From assembly GCA_024276825.1 (NCBI GenBank), contig JAJRWI010000044.1:25823-89822 (forward strand): a stretch of DNA of 64,000 nt, read 5' to 3'. Each line of letters opens with the position of its first letter. Within the stretch, counting starts at the first letter, position 1. Made by a program: the position numbers and the translations under genes. The notes under the pieces were generated by a model that did not search any database, had not been told where the DNA came from, and saw nothing but the letters and a program-made list of their open reading frames with translations. The stretch comes from an archaeon (lineage in GTDB: Archaea > Asgardarchaeota > Thorarchaeia > Thorarchaeales > Thorarchaeaceae). This document shows positions 1 through 10,665 of the stretch, piece after piece.

Positions 1-141
1 CATGTATCCCAGTATTAGTAGGAGTGCAAAAACACCCATTACTGCAAGAATGACAGGTATTAACGATTGCAGGAAATTTGTTTGCATGAGAATCCCGCTC
101 CTCTGGAATCTGACTACTTATAATCATTGCTGAATTAATGA

Positions 142-402
142 CTACTCCTCCTCTGACCTCTCCTTGTAATACTCGTCAATGAAAGTACCATAGACATCTA
201 CAGCCTCAGTAAGAGGATTGACCTCATCAATGATCATCTCAAGCCCGCAGGCACCACACTTGACACTCGCAAACTGCTTTTCCTTATACACCTCGATCTT
301 GATTGCAGTGTTCCCACATTCAGGACAATCATACACATCAGGAATTCTCTTCTGCGGTCTTTTCCTGACCTTCTGTCTACGTCGTCTTCCCAAATTGTTC
401 AC
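142..402 (-). CDS. elf1: Transcription elongation factor Elf1 (zinc ribbon)
   Basis: Basic GRRRR N-terminus, CPEC...CGAC zinc ribbon and EAVDVY..FID motif typical of Elf1. True start may be the TTG near 393. Confidence 0.9.
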   Translation of the reverse strand: MNNLGRRRRQKVRKRPQKRIPDVYDCPECGNTAIKIEVYKEKQFASVKCGACGLEMIIDEVNPLTEAVDVYGTFIDEYYKERSEEE

Positions 403-557
403 CTATTCCTATTTCACATATTGTGGACATGGCCCTGAAGAAATAGAGCGGTTTCAACCACTCCTGATTTGATTTAAGCATTATGTTGAGTGAAGATCAC
501 TGTCAAATTTTAGTTGAATAGAAGGCTTCATATTATGGTCTGACTGCGACAAGATTG

Positions 558-791
558 ATGACCGAACTGACAAAAAACGCAGAGTGCATTTTGCGTATTC
601 TGGAATCCGCAGACTCTCTAACAACATCGGAAATTCTAGAACGTGCCCGCCTACCCGAGTATGCAGATATCTGTCAGGACTGTGCGGGTGGCGATGCCTT
701 TGTTGTTGCTGCAAACCAACTGGTAGAGGCCGGACTGATTAAGAAGAAGTTTGGTAAGGGCGGATATCGCTGGTCACTATTGAGGGAGTAA
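558..791 (+). CDS. Small winged-helix protein with CxxC insertion, putative regulator
   Basis: ILRILESADSLTTSEIL...LVEAGLIKKKFGKGGYRW wHTH-like pattern with CQDC inserted; stop 2 nt before the sufS start; ATG at 558. Confidence 0.6.
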   Translation: MTELTKNAECILRILESADSLTTSEILERARLPEYADICQDCAGGDAFVVAANQLVEAGLIKKKFGKGGYRWSLLRE

Positions 792-793
792 CC

Positions 794-2035
794 ATGGTCG
801 ATTGGGCAAAGATACGCGAGGACTTTCCAGTACTGAAGCGAATCATCAATGGTAGACCCTTAGTTTACCTTGATAGCGCATGCATGTCTCTTAAGCCTAT
901 TCAAGTATTAGAGGCTATGAATGAGTATTATGAGAAATACCCCGCTTGTGCCGGTCGAAGTATTCACAAACTTGGTGAAGAGGCATCAAACGCGTATTCA
1001 GATGCCCGAGGTAAGTTTGCCAGATTTATCAATGCTGCAGAACCTGAAGAATGCATTTGGACTAGGAATGCAACAGAATCGCTCAACATAGTAGCAAATT
1101 GCGTGCATCTTGAAAAGGGCGATAAAATAGTGACAACCTCGCTCGAACATCACAGTGGTTCATTGCCATTTGTTGAAAGAGCACGTCGAGATGGACTTGA
1201 ACTCGTGGTAGTTGAGGCAAAATCTGATGGGACCTTTGACATTGAAGACTGGAAGCAGGCCATTGATAATAAGGTCCGTCTAATATCAGTTGTTCACTCA
1301 TCCAATGTGACTGGAACCATTGCACCCATGAAGGAGATAGTGGAGATTGCACACGATCGGGGCGCTCTTGTTATGTCAGACGATGCCCAGTATGCCCCAC
1401 ACCACCCACTAGATGTTCAAGCCCTTGATATCGACTTCTCAGCAATCTCAGTTCACAAGATGTGCGGCCCTACTGGTGTCGGTGTCCTCTATGGCAAGCT
1501 GGATCTGCTAAAGAGCATGGACATGTTCTTAGTTGGTGGTGATACGGTGAGTGATGTGCGTTATGAAGACCACAAGATCATTCCAGAGTATCTTCCTCCT
1601 CCTGAGAAATTCGAGGCAGGGCTTCAAAACTATGCAGGCGCTATCGGTGCTGGTGCAGCTGCTGAATATCTTATGGCCATAGGACTTAAGGAAGTGGAGC
1701 GACACGAAAGGTCCCTCCTATCATATGTACTTGATGAATTGAAAGATCTTGGTCATGTACGATTCCTTGGCACTGATGACATCAACATAAAGACTGGTCT
1801 TGTGACATTTTCAATTGACACTATAGAATCTGCACATGATATTGCAACCTTCTTGAATGAAGAGTTTAGTGTGATGGTAAGAAGCGGTGCCCACTGCACT
1901 CACCCATTCCATTATCAGATGAATATACCCCCATCAAAAGGCACTGCTAGGGCCAGCTTCTATCTATATAATAACAAGGGTGATGCAGATATATTTCTTG
2001 AAGGCATTCGGGCCCTGATTGAGGCAAGTTCCTAA
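794..2035 (+). CDS. sufS: Cysteine desulfurase, SufS/CsdA type (class V PLP)
   Basis: IREDFPVL..LVYLDSA, EHH, SVHKMCGPTG (PLP Lys), RSGAHC (catalytic Cys), RASFYLYN. Confidence 0.93.
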   Translation: MVDWAKIREDFPVLKRIINGRPLVYLDSACMSLKPIQVLEAMNEYYEKYPACAGRSIHKLGEEASNAYSDARGKFARFINAAEPEECIWTRNATESLNIVANCVHLEKGDKIVTTSLEHHSGSLPFVERARRDGLELVVVEAKSDGTFDIEDWKQAIDNKVRLISVVHSSNVTGTIAPMKEIVEIAHDRGALVMSDDAQYAPHHPLDVQALDIDFSAISVHKMCGPTGVGVLYGKLDLLKSMDMFLVGGDTVSDVRYEDHKIIPEYLPPPEKFEAGLQNYAGAIGAGAAAEYLMAIGLKEVERHERSLLSYVLDELKDLGHVRFLGTDDINIKTGLVTFSIDTIESAHDIATFLNEEFSVMVRSGAHCTHPFHYQMNIPPSKGTARASFYLYNNKGDADIFLEGIRALIEASS

Positions 2036-3810
2036 TTAATCATACTATCAAGCTTCTCTCTTACCCTCTTGCTCTCCTCAACAATATCTGGAAACTCGAC
2101 ATAATTAGCAGTGACCTCAAGCTCATTTCGCAATCGATTTCTGCTTACTCTTCCTCTGATTAATACAAACTTACCAAGAATGCGATCCTGCAGCAACTCG
2201 GTGGGACTCATCTCCCCACCCTTACCTCTTTCAATCAACTCACTAGCCTCTCTTGCACTTATCGACATTAATCGTTCAGCTGTATTTCCAAATAGGGTTA
2301 CCATAATAGTTTCTGAACCATCATCGACTCGAATGGAATATGCGAAACGGTAGTCAGGTTGTTCTACCTCTCCACAGGTTGGGCAGAAATGCTTACCTCT
2401 GTCCTCATTGACCTTTTTATTGCACTTTGGGCACGCCAGATAGATTGGCCTAGTTTGAGACATGGTGACAATGATCCCCCTAATCTCTACAGTCTTTCCA
2501 TCCAGCTCTTCATCTATCTCCTTAATCTCCACTGGTTTTGCAACCATGAATGTTTGTTTAGAGAGGTTTCCAACATCTAATTCCATGAGATTGGAGTCCT
2601 GTGGATTTATCTCAATCTCTGCTCTCCTGCCTGCTTGAAGCTCAATACTCCCCTCCCTCTCTTTAGTGTAAGCATGACAAATTCGAATAACATCACCTAC
2701 CTGCAATTCAGCAACCTTGTCTACTGCCTCATTCCAAAAAGTAACTCGAAGCTCTTGCAAGTCCTCATCTACAACTATAATGTTCTGTACCTTGCCCTCA
2801 CGTTCATCCTTCTTCCACTCCCTTGCTGGAAACATCCTGACAACTTTCCCTTCAACATCAACGTCTCTCATGTCAGGGGTCAGTTCCTTTATTCGTCTTA
2901 GCCCAAGACTCTCACTAAAACCTGCATCAGCACTGATCTCGACTGACTCGAGCTCACCCTCTATCCTCCTCTCTATTACCGCAGAGCGCCCACTATGCAC
3001 CTCAACAGCTCCATCTCTTGAACTCCGAGTATAGGCGCCACTGATTCTGATTACCTCTCCGACCTGCACATCCCTCATCTGTTCTGCAAAGTCATCCCAA
3101 AACACAATGCGAATAGAACCTGTGTCATCTGCCCCTATGACACTAAGGACCTTGCCCTCAGAACCATCACTCTTGCGAATGAACGTGCTTAGATTAAAGA
3201 CTCGTGTTATCTTTGCCAGTACGGTGACATCATACATCCCCTCAGTCAGATCTTTGATCTTTGTACTTTCAGGCAGTGCGAGTTCAGTATTAAACTCTTC
3301 TAACTCATAATCCTCAAGTACTCTAATGGAACCCATACGTCCAATGTTCAATTCAAGAGAGTCACGAAGCCCCTTCTTGACATATCCTCCACGAATCTGA
3401 ACGACATCTCCTTTGTTTATGTGCCCTTCTGAGATGGCCCTAGTCATATCGTCCCAAAGTACAACACGAATTGTACCTGTACTATCCCCAACCAGCAAGC
3501 TGGCCACTCTGCCTTCACTGCCATCCCTTCGTCTAAATGTTCTCATAGTGTCAAGTCGTATGACTCTTGCAATCAATGCCACATTTCGTTTGTCCTCAGT
3601 GATATCCTCAACTCTAAATTGCCCTCTTGATGAGTCTTGTAGGAGGTCTACTCCCAGTTCTCTTGCTACTATCATTGCAGCAGCTTCATCATTAATCACA
3701 TCTGGCCCCAACTCTTCACGCTTTTCTTTAATCATAGTCAGGATGTCTTTTCTATCGTATTGTGGGTGATGCTTCAAAATTCTCTCAATTATTTCTTCAA
3801 GCGAATGCAT
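2032..3810 (-). CDS. rpa: Replication protein A large subunit (multiple OB folds plus Zn finger)
   Basis: Repeated OB-fold motifs (GDSTGTIRVVLWD, ADDTGSIRIVFWD, VTFWN) and a C-terminal CPKC...CPTC Zn-OB fold. Confidence 0.92.
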   Translation of the reverse strand: MHSLEEIIERILKHHPQYDRKDILTMIKEKREELGPDVINDEAAAMIVARELGVDLLQDSSRGQFRVEDITEDKRNVALIARVIRLDTMRTFRRRDGSEGRVASLLVGDSTGTIRVVLWDDMTRAISEGHINKGDVVQIRGGYVKKGLRDSLELNIGRMGSIRVLEDYELEEFNTELALPESTKIKDLTEGMYDVTVLAKITRVFNLSTFIRKSDGSEGKVLSVIGADDTGSIRIVFWDDFAEQMRDVQVGEVIRISGAYTRSSRDGAVEVHSGRSAVIERRIEGELESVEISADAGFSESLGLRRIKELTPDMRDVDVEGKVVRMFPAREWKKDEREGKVQNIIVVDEDLQELRVTFWNEAVDKVAELQVGDVIRICHAYTKEREGSIELQAGRRAEIEINPQDSNLMELDVGNLSKQTFMVAKPVEIKEIDEELDGKTVEIRGIIVTMSQTRPIYLACPKCNKKVNEDRGKHFCPTCGEVEQPDYRFAYSIRVDDGSETIMVTLFGNTAERLMSISAREASELIERGKGGEMSPTELLQDRILGKFVLIRGRVSRNRLRNELEVTANYVEFPDIVEESKRVREKLDSMIN

Positions 3811-3995
3811 TTGTCACCATTCCTGTCACTAAATTGAGCAGTGTTCTCACATTGATTTCATCATTATCACCTATAAAATTCCCCACTCTAAAGTTCCGAG
3901 CTATTTGGGCATTGCTTGGCCTTTCTCTCCATCCAATGAAATCGAAAACCTGTTCTGCCGAAAGACACAATACTCATCATTAACAAGCAAGTCAT

Positions 3996-6900
3996 GTGAT
4001 AGATTCAGACTTGGAACTCCCCGCTCACAGCAAGAGCTACTCATTATACTTTGAGAAGCTGAGTAAAGAAGTGGAACGCATCTACTCTATTGCAAAGGCT
4101 GCACGTCAAAAGGGGTATGATCCCTCTCTTGATGTTGAAATTCCTCCAGCTCATGATGTTGCAGCAAGAGTGGAGGCCACACTTGATGGTCCTATTGGGG
4201 TTGCTGCTAGAATCAGAGAGTTACAGAAGGAAAAATCGCGCGAGGCAGTGGCCTTCATTGTGGCTAAAGAAATTGCAATGGGCGAACTTGGTGGGATTAA
4301 GGATCGTGAGAAAGCAGCTGACAAGGCGGTTCGCGTTGCATTGTCAATCTTAACTGAGAGCATAACAGCCGCGCCCTTAGAAGGGATTGCTAAGGTCAAG
4401 ATTAGAGGCTCCGGCTCTGATGAATACCTAGCAATATACTTGGCTGGCCCCATTAGAGCAGCTGGTGGGACTGAAGCCGCCATGACTGTTCTTGTGGCTG
4501 ATTATGTACGACAAGTGCTGGGCATTCCACCATTTAAGCCAACGGAAGAAGAGGTCGAACGAGCACTAGAAGAGGTGGAGATGTATGCCCGAGCAGTTCA
4601 CTTGCAGTTTCCTGTTCACCCTGATTTGATTCGCTTTGCTGCATCCCGCTTACCAATAATGCTAACTGGAGAACCAACAGAGGAATATGAGGTGTCTGGA
4701 ACTAGGGACCTCGACCGCATTGAAACAAACCGTGTTCGTGGCGGTGCAGTACTTGTCCTCACTGAGGGTGTGGTGGGCAGAGCGGCAAAGCTGCTAAGAA
4801 TAGTTGAATCCCTTGATATACCTGGCTGGGAATGGCTAAAGGATATCAAAGAGAAAAAGCCTGCTGAAAAGTCTAAGAGTACAGACCCAGACACAGCGAT
4901 TGCCCCTAAACCTGACTATCTTGCTGATGTGATTGGCGGGCGACCAGTGTTCTCTCATCCAATGAGGCCAGGCGGATTCAGGCTGCGATATGGAAGGTCT
5001 CGCAACACGGGTCTTGCAGGGGTGGGAGTTCACCCTGCGACAATGTATGTGGTTGAGGAGTTTTTGGCTCCAGGGACCCATATACGCACAGAACGCCCTG
5101 GAAAAGGGTCTATAGTGACTCCTGTTGATTCCATTGAAGGGCCAATTGTTTTACTTAAAGATGGGACCGTAAAACAACTGTCCGATCCAGATGAAGCCAA
5201 GAGTCTCAGCGACAAGATTGAACGGATTCTATATCTTGGGGATATATTAATTGCTCTTGGCGAGTTTCTTGAGAACAATCATCCTTTGGCTCCTCCTGGC
5301 TATTGTGAGGAGTGGTGGTCCCATGATCTGCATGAAATGTGCAACTCATTATCTTTCTCTAATCTCAATCGTGCCCTACAGAACATAAACATCACAAAAG
5401 AGGAGATTGACCAATTCATCATGTTTCCACTCACTCACATTCCCACGCCAGAACAAGCAATACTACTTTCCAAAGAAATAGGAGTTCCACTCCATCCTCG
5501 ATACACATACCGATGGAAGGCGCTTGCGGTTGACGAAGCAAAGTCTCTCCGTGATTGGATGGTCAAAGAGCATAAGATTGAACAGACCTCAACTGGATCA
5601 CTTATGGTCTTACCACTCGACATACGACAAAAGCATACACTTGAACGACTTGGAGTCCCACACACATTAAATGCTAAAAGAACTCACATCATAATGTCCG
5701 ATAGTCCACTCACGATACTCGCCCAAATTGGAAAGGGTAAGTCTAGTCATGACCATGATGACTCTCTTGAGTTCATTAATCAAGTATCTGAGATACATAT
5801 TAAAGACAAACTCGGTCTATCAATTGGTGCTAGGATGGGTCGCCCAGAAAAGGCGGAAGCAAGAAAGATGAAGCCGCCTGTGAATGTACTATTTCCAGTA
5901 GGTCGTACAAGGGGAAGCGAACGCCGTATCGAGGCTATTGCAAAGAGTTCACAACAGACAGAAACCCTTGATTCATTTGGTCAGGGTGTTCCCAATACTT
6001 CATCATCCGGAACTTCCACTGGTGGAATCTCAGTCGAGATGGTTTCACGATTTTGCGCCAATTGTAATTTGGTAACATTCGAGTCTCGTTGTTCCTCCTG
6101 TGGCACTTATACTGAAGTCCAGTACTACTGCTCCCAAGAACGATGTGGTCTTCCTATTGACTCCCGTTCCGGCATGTGTCCCAATAAGCATGATGTTAAT
6201 CTAATTCGCGCAACAAGAAAATATGAAATTGACATCAATGACTTACTAAACAGGGTGAAGGCCGAGATTGACGAGCCCCAGTCATATAATCTCCGAGGAG
6301 TGCTGGGTCTTACAAGTGAGTTGAAGACTCCAGAGTACATTGGAAAGGGTATTCTTCGAGCAAAACATGAAGTGTTCTGCTATCGTGATGGTACTGCACG
6401 TTTTGACATTACTGATGCGCCATTAACACACTTTACTCCCAAAGAGGTTGGAGTTGACATTAAGACTCTGCGTGAATTGGGCTATATTGTTGATTACAAA
6501 GGGAACCCACTAGTATCAGAAGATCAGATTCTAGAACTGAAGGTCCAAGATATTATTGTGCCTGATACTTGCGCCGACTATCTGATGCGAATTGGCAATT
6601 TCGTTGATGATTGCCTAGAGAAAATCTATGGATTTGAACGGTACTATAACTTCAGTACACCAAAAGATGTGGTTGGCCAAGTAGTGATTGGTCTTGCTCC
6701 TCACACCTCTGCAGGAATAATTGGCCGCATTGTGGGATTCACCTCTGCAAGCATTTGCTATGCTCATCCCTACTGGCATGCTGCAAAAAGACGAAACTGT
6801 GACGGTGATGAGGATGCAGTCATACTCTTAATGGATGCATTATTGAACTTCTCCAAGTCGTATCTGCCAGCTGGTCGTGGTGGCTTTATGGATGCGCCTC

Positions 6901-7556
6901 TGGTCCTTTCAGTAATTCTGAATCCCTCTGAAGTTGATGATGAGGCACATAATATGGAAGTGTGTGAGAGATATCCTGCTCAATTCTATGAACTTGCTAG
7001 TTTGTCTCAGTCCCAGAAATCTGCTGAAGCCCTTGTTGATAATATTCACTCCCGAATTGGTACTGAGGCTCAATATGAGGGGTTCAAATTCACACACAGT
7101 ACATCATGCATCGATAGTGGCCCTCTCAATACACGATACAAGATTCTAGACAGCATGGCTGAGAAGCTCGAGGCACAGCTCCACCTCGCTTCAATCATTG
7201 ATGCAGTAGATGCATGTGATGTTGCTGAACGTGTGCTATCCACTCATTTTCTCCGCGACATCCGTGGAAATCTTCGGGCATATTCCACACAGAAGGTCCA
7301 GTGCCGAAAATGCCATCGCGTATACAGGCGGCCCCCATTATCAGGCAAATGTATCTGCGGATCCGATTTGGCACTTACGGTACGCCAAAAGAACATCTCC
7401 AAGTATTTGTCTGTGGCAGAAAAGCTGATCAGTGACCATGGTCTTGGTCCCTACCTCCAAGAACGTCTAAGGCTCATAAACACTTCTCTTGCCTCATTGT
7501 TTCTATCTGAACAGACTTCTATCCTTGACTTTTTTGATAGTGATGAATCTGAATAA
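3996..7556 (+). CDS. polC: DNA polymerase D large subunit DP2
   Basis: AGPIRAAGGT, GGFRLRYGRSRNTG, GARMGRPEKA, HAAKRRNCDGDED catalytic motif, Zn fingers, C-terminal PIP box QTSILDFF. No intein seen. Confidence 0.98.
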   Translation: MIDSDLELPAHSKSYSLYFEKLSKEVERIYSIAKAARQKGYDPSLDVEIPPAHDVAARVEATLDGPIGVAARIRELQKEKSREAVAFIVAKEIAMGELGGIKDREKAADKAVRVALSILTESITAAPLEGIAKVKIRGSGSDEYLAIYLAGPIRAAGGTEAAMTVLVADYVRQVLGIPPFKPTEEEVERALEEVEMYARAVHLQFPVHPDLIRFAASRLPIMLTGEPTEEYEVSGTRDLDRIETNRVRGGAVLVLTEGVVGRAAKLLRIVESLDIPGWEWLKDIKEKKPAEKSKSTDPDTAIAPKPDYLADVIGGRPVFSHPMRPGGFRLRYGRSRNTGLAGVGVHPATMYVVEEFLAPGTHIRTERPGKGSIVTPVDSIEGPIVLLKDGTVKQLSDPDEAKSLSDKIERILYLGDILIALGEFLENNHPLAPPGYCEEWWSHDLHEMCNSLSFSNLNRALQNINITKEEIDQFIMFPLTHIPTPEQAILLSKEIGVPLHPRYTYRWKALAVDEAKSLRDWMVKEHKIEQTSTGSLMVLPLDIRQKHTLERLGVPHTLNAKRTHIIMSDSPLTILAQIGKGKSSHDHDDSLEFINQVSEIHIKDKLGLSIGARMGRPEKAEARKMKPPVNVLFPVGRTRGSERRIEAIAKSSQQTETLDSFGQGVPNTSSSGTSTGGISVEMVSRFCANCNLVTFESRCSSCGTYTEVQYYCSQERCGLPIDSRSGMCPNKHDVNLIRATRKYEIDINDLLNRVKAEIDEPQSYNLRGVLGLTSELKTPEYIGKGILRAKHEVFCYRDGTARFDITDAPLTHFTPKEVGVDIKTLRELGYIVDYKGNPLVSEDQILELKVQDIIVPDTCADYLMRIGNFVDDCLEKIYGFERYYNFSTPKDVVGQVVIGLAPHTSAGIIGRIVGFTSASICYAHPYWHAAKRRNCDGDEDAVILLMDALLNFSKSYLPAGRGGFMDAPLVLSVILNPSEVDDEAHNMEVCERYPAQFYELASLSQSQKSAEALVDNIHSRIGTEAQYEGFKFTHSTSCIDSGPLNTRYKILDSMAEKLEAQLHLASIIDAVDACDVAERVLSTHFLRDIRGNLRAYSTQKVQCRKCHRVYRRPPLSGKCICGSDLALTVRQKNISKYLSVAEKLISDHGLGPYLQERLRLINTSLASLFLSEQTSILDFFDSDESE

Positions 7557-7566
7557 TGAATATGAA

Positions 7567-8442
7567 TCATTTATTGTTTAGCGCAAGATGTAGGAAACTT
7601 CTGTCCTCAATCATACCAATCAGGTTGCCAGAAGCTGAAAGCACTGGTGCCTGATCTATGTCATTCTTCCTGAACACTCTGACGCACTCTGCTATCGATG
7701 TGACCTCTGTCACATTGATAATATTCTTCGTCATCACATCCTTAATTGGGACTTGTGGCAATTTCAGAAGCTTCTTTGTTACCACCAAGAAGTCCTTTGA
7801 AGTCCATCCCCACTCAACCGAAGTGTCCGTGCCACTATATGTTGCTGAAATATTATCCTCTATTGTTTCCTCTGAGAGTCGAATGTAATCGCTCACTGAA
7901 ATCATACCTACGACTCCTCCACTCTCATTGACAACCACAAGGGCATTCTTTCCTGCCATCTCCATAATCATGAATGATAGTGGTAATGGGGTTTCAGACC
8001 AGACTGCAATAACGCGGGTATCAATGAAATCTTTAATTGTTATTTCTTGATATCTTTCATCATTCTCAAGAGTAGCACCAAGAATGTCCGGTATCGAGAG
8101 GAGTCCTACTAATTCATCATTGTCCACAACAGGTAGCCTTCGAAAGTTTTTCTCAATCATTATCTTGGTTGCTGTTTTGATGTCCATTCGAGGCGTAACA
8201 GTCACAGGATCTCTTACCATGAGCATTGCAATCTGATTCTCATCAGGTTTTCGGAGTAAGTCAGTTCTAGTGATCATACCTACTAGCCTTTTTGTGCCCC
8301 TCTTTACCACAGGGAATCCATTGATCTGCTTTTCTGCCATGATTTGTAGGACATCATCTCGTGTGCCCGGAACTGACACATATACCACTGATTGCTGCAT
8401 ACAGTCTGCTACCTTCATTGTTTCAATACTCCAGTATTGCAT
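7567..8442 (-). CDS. Four-CBS-domain protein
   Basis: Tandem CBS repeats (GFPVV..GMITRTD, RRLPVV..GLLSIPD and others). Confidence 0.88.
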   Translation of the reverse strand: MQYWSIETMKVADCMQQSVVYVSVPGTRDDVLQIMAEKQINGFPVVKRGTKRLVGMITRTDLLRKPDENQIAMLMVRDPVTVTPRMDIKTATKIMIEKNFRRLPVVDNDELVGLLSIPDILGATLENDERYQEITIKDFIDTRVIAVWSETPLPLSFMIMEMAGKNALVVVNESGGVVGMISVSDYIRLSEETIEDNISATYSGTDTSVEWGWTSKDFLVVTKKLLKLPQVPIKDVMTKNIINVTEVTSIAECVRVFRKNDIDQAPVLSASGNLIGMIEDRSFLHLALNNK

Positions 8443-8545
8443 AATGTGATGACATTATTGACACTTCTGCTTTAGTATATTTACGCAAAAGTATCAGAAC
8501 ATGAGTAGAAATACTATTGCCCTTTTATGGTTTTCCTCACTCAAT

Positions 8546-9121
8546 CTACCATGGTGTCTTTTTCAACTTGAGTAAATATCCTGCAACATTACTCACCCAA
8601 TGAATGGCAAGCGTAAACAGAATGAGTACTGCTACATATTGTGGTGCGGGTGTCAACAACGGGGCTAGAAAAATTAGTGCCATGATGATGAATCCTAACC
8701 GATCAAGCATGAGTGCTGGAGCCCCTCCCCTCAAGTCTACCCTTCTCTTAAGAAATGATCCCAACAGGTCCCCGATTAATGTTCCAAAGGACAGCAAGAA
8801 CCCCCCAAGCACAGTAATACCAAGAATTGCATCCATGTCTGGGGTGACTATAACATACTCGGTCATGAACTCTCTAACATAAGGGGCCCCCATATTCAAT
8901 GCCCAACTAGTCAGTGTTCCCAGAACAACACCCGCGATGAATCCTCGTATTGTCTTATTGTCACCAAACAGACGCTTTCCATCACTCAACACTCTCCCAT
9001 TATCAATGGGTCTTCCACCTCCAAATATCACAGGCATTGAATTTGCAATCCATGCTGGCAGTCCAAGCCATAATGCCAGTCCAAGTAAAGTAACCTCTTC
9101 ATACATCATTGCCACATCCAT
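8546..9121 (-). CDS. carS: CDP-archaeol synthase
   Basis: ANSMPVIFGGGRPIDNG..DGKRLFGDNKTIRG, GDLLGSFLKRR, LDRL, LKKTPW (DUF46/CarS signature). Confidence 0.93.
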   Translation of the reverse strand: MDVAMMYEEVTLLGLALWLGLPAWIANSMPVIFGGGRPIDNGRVLSDGKRLFGDNKTIRGFIAGVVLGTLTSWALNMGAPYVREFMTEYVIVTPDMDAILGITVLGGFLLSFGTLIGDLLGSFLKRRVDLRGGAPALMLDRLGFIIMALIFLAPLLTPAPQYVAVLILFTLAIHWVSNVAGYLLKLKKTPW

Positions 9122-9127
9122 GAATCA

Positions 9128-9838
9128 CTAGTCCCCATCTATGTCAGCATCTGGGGAGATTGAAAAGCCTTTATTTGTAAGATAGAACATCTCATTAACT
9201 GGGATTTCTCCTAGTCGTATTCTCTCAATCATCCTCTCACCGCTCTGTCTACCCTTTCTAATTCTTATTACATGATCCGCCCAATAATCAAGTATGTTTC
9301 TTGCAACAGGCTCTATCTCTCCATGCTTCTTAAGAGCCCCCCTCACCTGATTGAGAACAAGTACGGCTATGTCCTTTTGCTTGGCTAGCCCTTTCAATAT
9401 ACCAACTTGCATGTTCAATTCTCGATGGGCTGCATAATTTGTCTTTTTACCTTTGAGCACAGTACGATACAGCCTTGTTATTGTATCTATGACTATTAAG
9501 CGTGTGTTCTCCCTCACGTAGAGTTCAAGATCATCAATTATCAATCCTTGCTCATTAAAGCTGGTTGGATGAAGAAGCCTGATAATCGGACTAATAGACT
9601 CGTACTCTACTCCTGAAATCTGCTCAAGTCGCTCAATTGGGGAGGTGCTTTCTGTATTGATGTATGCAACTCTCATCCCCAATTGCAAGGCAGCAGAAAC
9701 AAACTGAAGTGCAAAAGTGGTCTTGCCAGAGGCCGCTTCTCCAAAGACATGTGTGATCCCCCCTGTGAAAACACCACCATCCAATATTCTATCTAATTTG
9801 GACACTCCTGAGGGAAGAATCAAGTCACTTATCTCCAT
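9128..9838 (-). CDS. radB: DNA repair/recombination protein RadB (RecA-like)
   Basis: Short RecA core: LDRILDGG, GEAASGKT Walker A, IVIDTIT, VLVLNQVR. No N-terminal RadA domain. Confidence 0.82.
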   Translation of the reverse strand: MEISDLILPSGVSKLDRILDGGVFTGGITHVFGEAASGKTTFALQFVSAALQLGMRVAYINTESTSPIERLEQISGVEYESISPIIRLLHPTSFNEQGLIIDDLELYVRENTRLIVIDTITRLYRTVLKGKKTNYAAHRELNMQVGILKGLAKQKDIAVLVLNQVRGALKKHGEIEPVARNILDYWADHVIRIRKGRQSGERMIERIRLGEIPVNEMFYLTNKGFSISPDADIDGD

Positions 9839-9891
9839 TCTATTGTCAGAATCAAATAAGTGATAAACATAACTTATGTGGTCTTTATGTC

Positions 9892-10665
9892 ATGACTGTC
9901 AGTGATATCGCAATTGTCACCGAGGATCCTAAGATCCTCTATTACACAGTAAGACTGCTGAGAAGACTAAACCTTCAGTTCATAGTTCTCACCCCAAATG
10001 AGGCTGATGTCACAATTGCAAAGGTGTTTATTTGCACTGCTGGTGAAGTATCTAAGTTTCATCACATTAGTCATGATAGGTTTGTACTAGTTAGCGACCC
10101 TTTGGAGCCAGATGTGACTGCTATTGAACTTGTAATGAAACTTCTTGACCTCCCTGCTCCCTACGAGATTGTTATCGGTGTTGACCCGGGCGTTCGGTTC
10201 GGTCTTGTTTTTGTGGCTGATGGGACACGTATCTATGGTGAAACCTGCTCAAGTCCATTCCAAGCTGCGAGATCAACAAAAAGATGGAGTGATTTTGTTC
10301 TTGCAAACTTGTCCAAATGTTCACTTATTGTTCGAGTAGGCACAGGTTCGAAACTCTACACAACACTATTTCTAAGGGCACTTCGTAGACTACATGACAT
10401 CTTTCAGCTTGAACTTGTAGATGAACGCAACACCACTCATCCTGGCCAATCCGACCAATCTTCTGCATATCTTATCGCCTCACGTACTGGCAGATTACCG
10501 TCAAAGACAGATTACGAGCTTGATCAAAAGGATGGTTTCATTAAATCACTGATGCATCTTGTTGATGGTCTCACGGAAGGACATGTAAAGCTCTCTCGTG
10601 ATGATGCGCGGGCAATACTTGATGATAGAACAAATCTGGAGAGATTTCTTGACGAACGCTTTTAA
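9892..10665 (+). CDS. Uncharacterised protein with RNase H-like (YqgF/RuvC-type) nuclease domain
   Basis: IVIGVDPGVRFGL, VRVGTG, LELVDERNTT and DQSSAYLIA match the acidic-motif layout of YqgF-like RNase H folds. Confidence 0.6.
   Translation: MTVSDIAIVTEDPKILYYTVRLLRRLNLQFIVLTPNEADVTIAKVFICTAGEVSKFHHISHDRFVLVSDPLEPDVTAIELVMKLLDLPAPYEIVIGVDPGVRFGLVFVADGTRIYGETCSSPFQAARSTKRWSDFVLANLSKCSLIVRVGTGSKLYTTLFLRALRRLHDIFQLELVDERNTTHPGQSDQSSAYLIASRTGRLPSKTDYELDQKDGFIKSLMHLVDGLTEGHVKLSRDDARAILDDRTNLERFLDERF

Noticed and set aside
3811-3995. Replication origin between rpa and polC
   Set aside because: No ORB-like repeats were recognised and there is no cdc6/orc1 or whiP gene nearby.
3996-7556. Intein in PolD DP2
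   Set aside because: Length is normal, the HAAKRRNCDGDED motif is uninterrupted, and no intein terminal motifs were seen.
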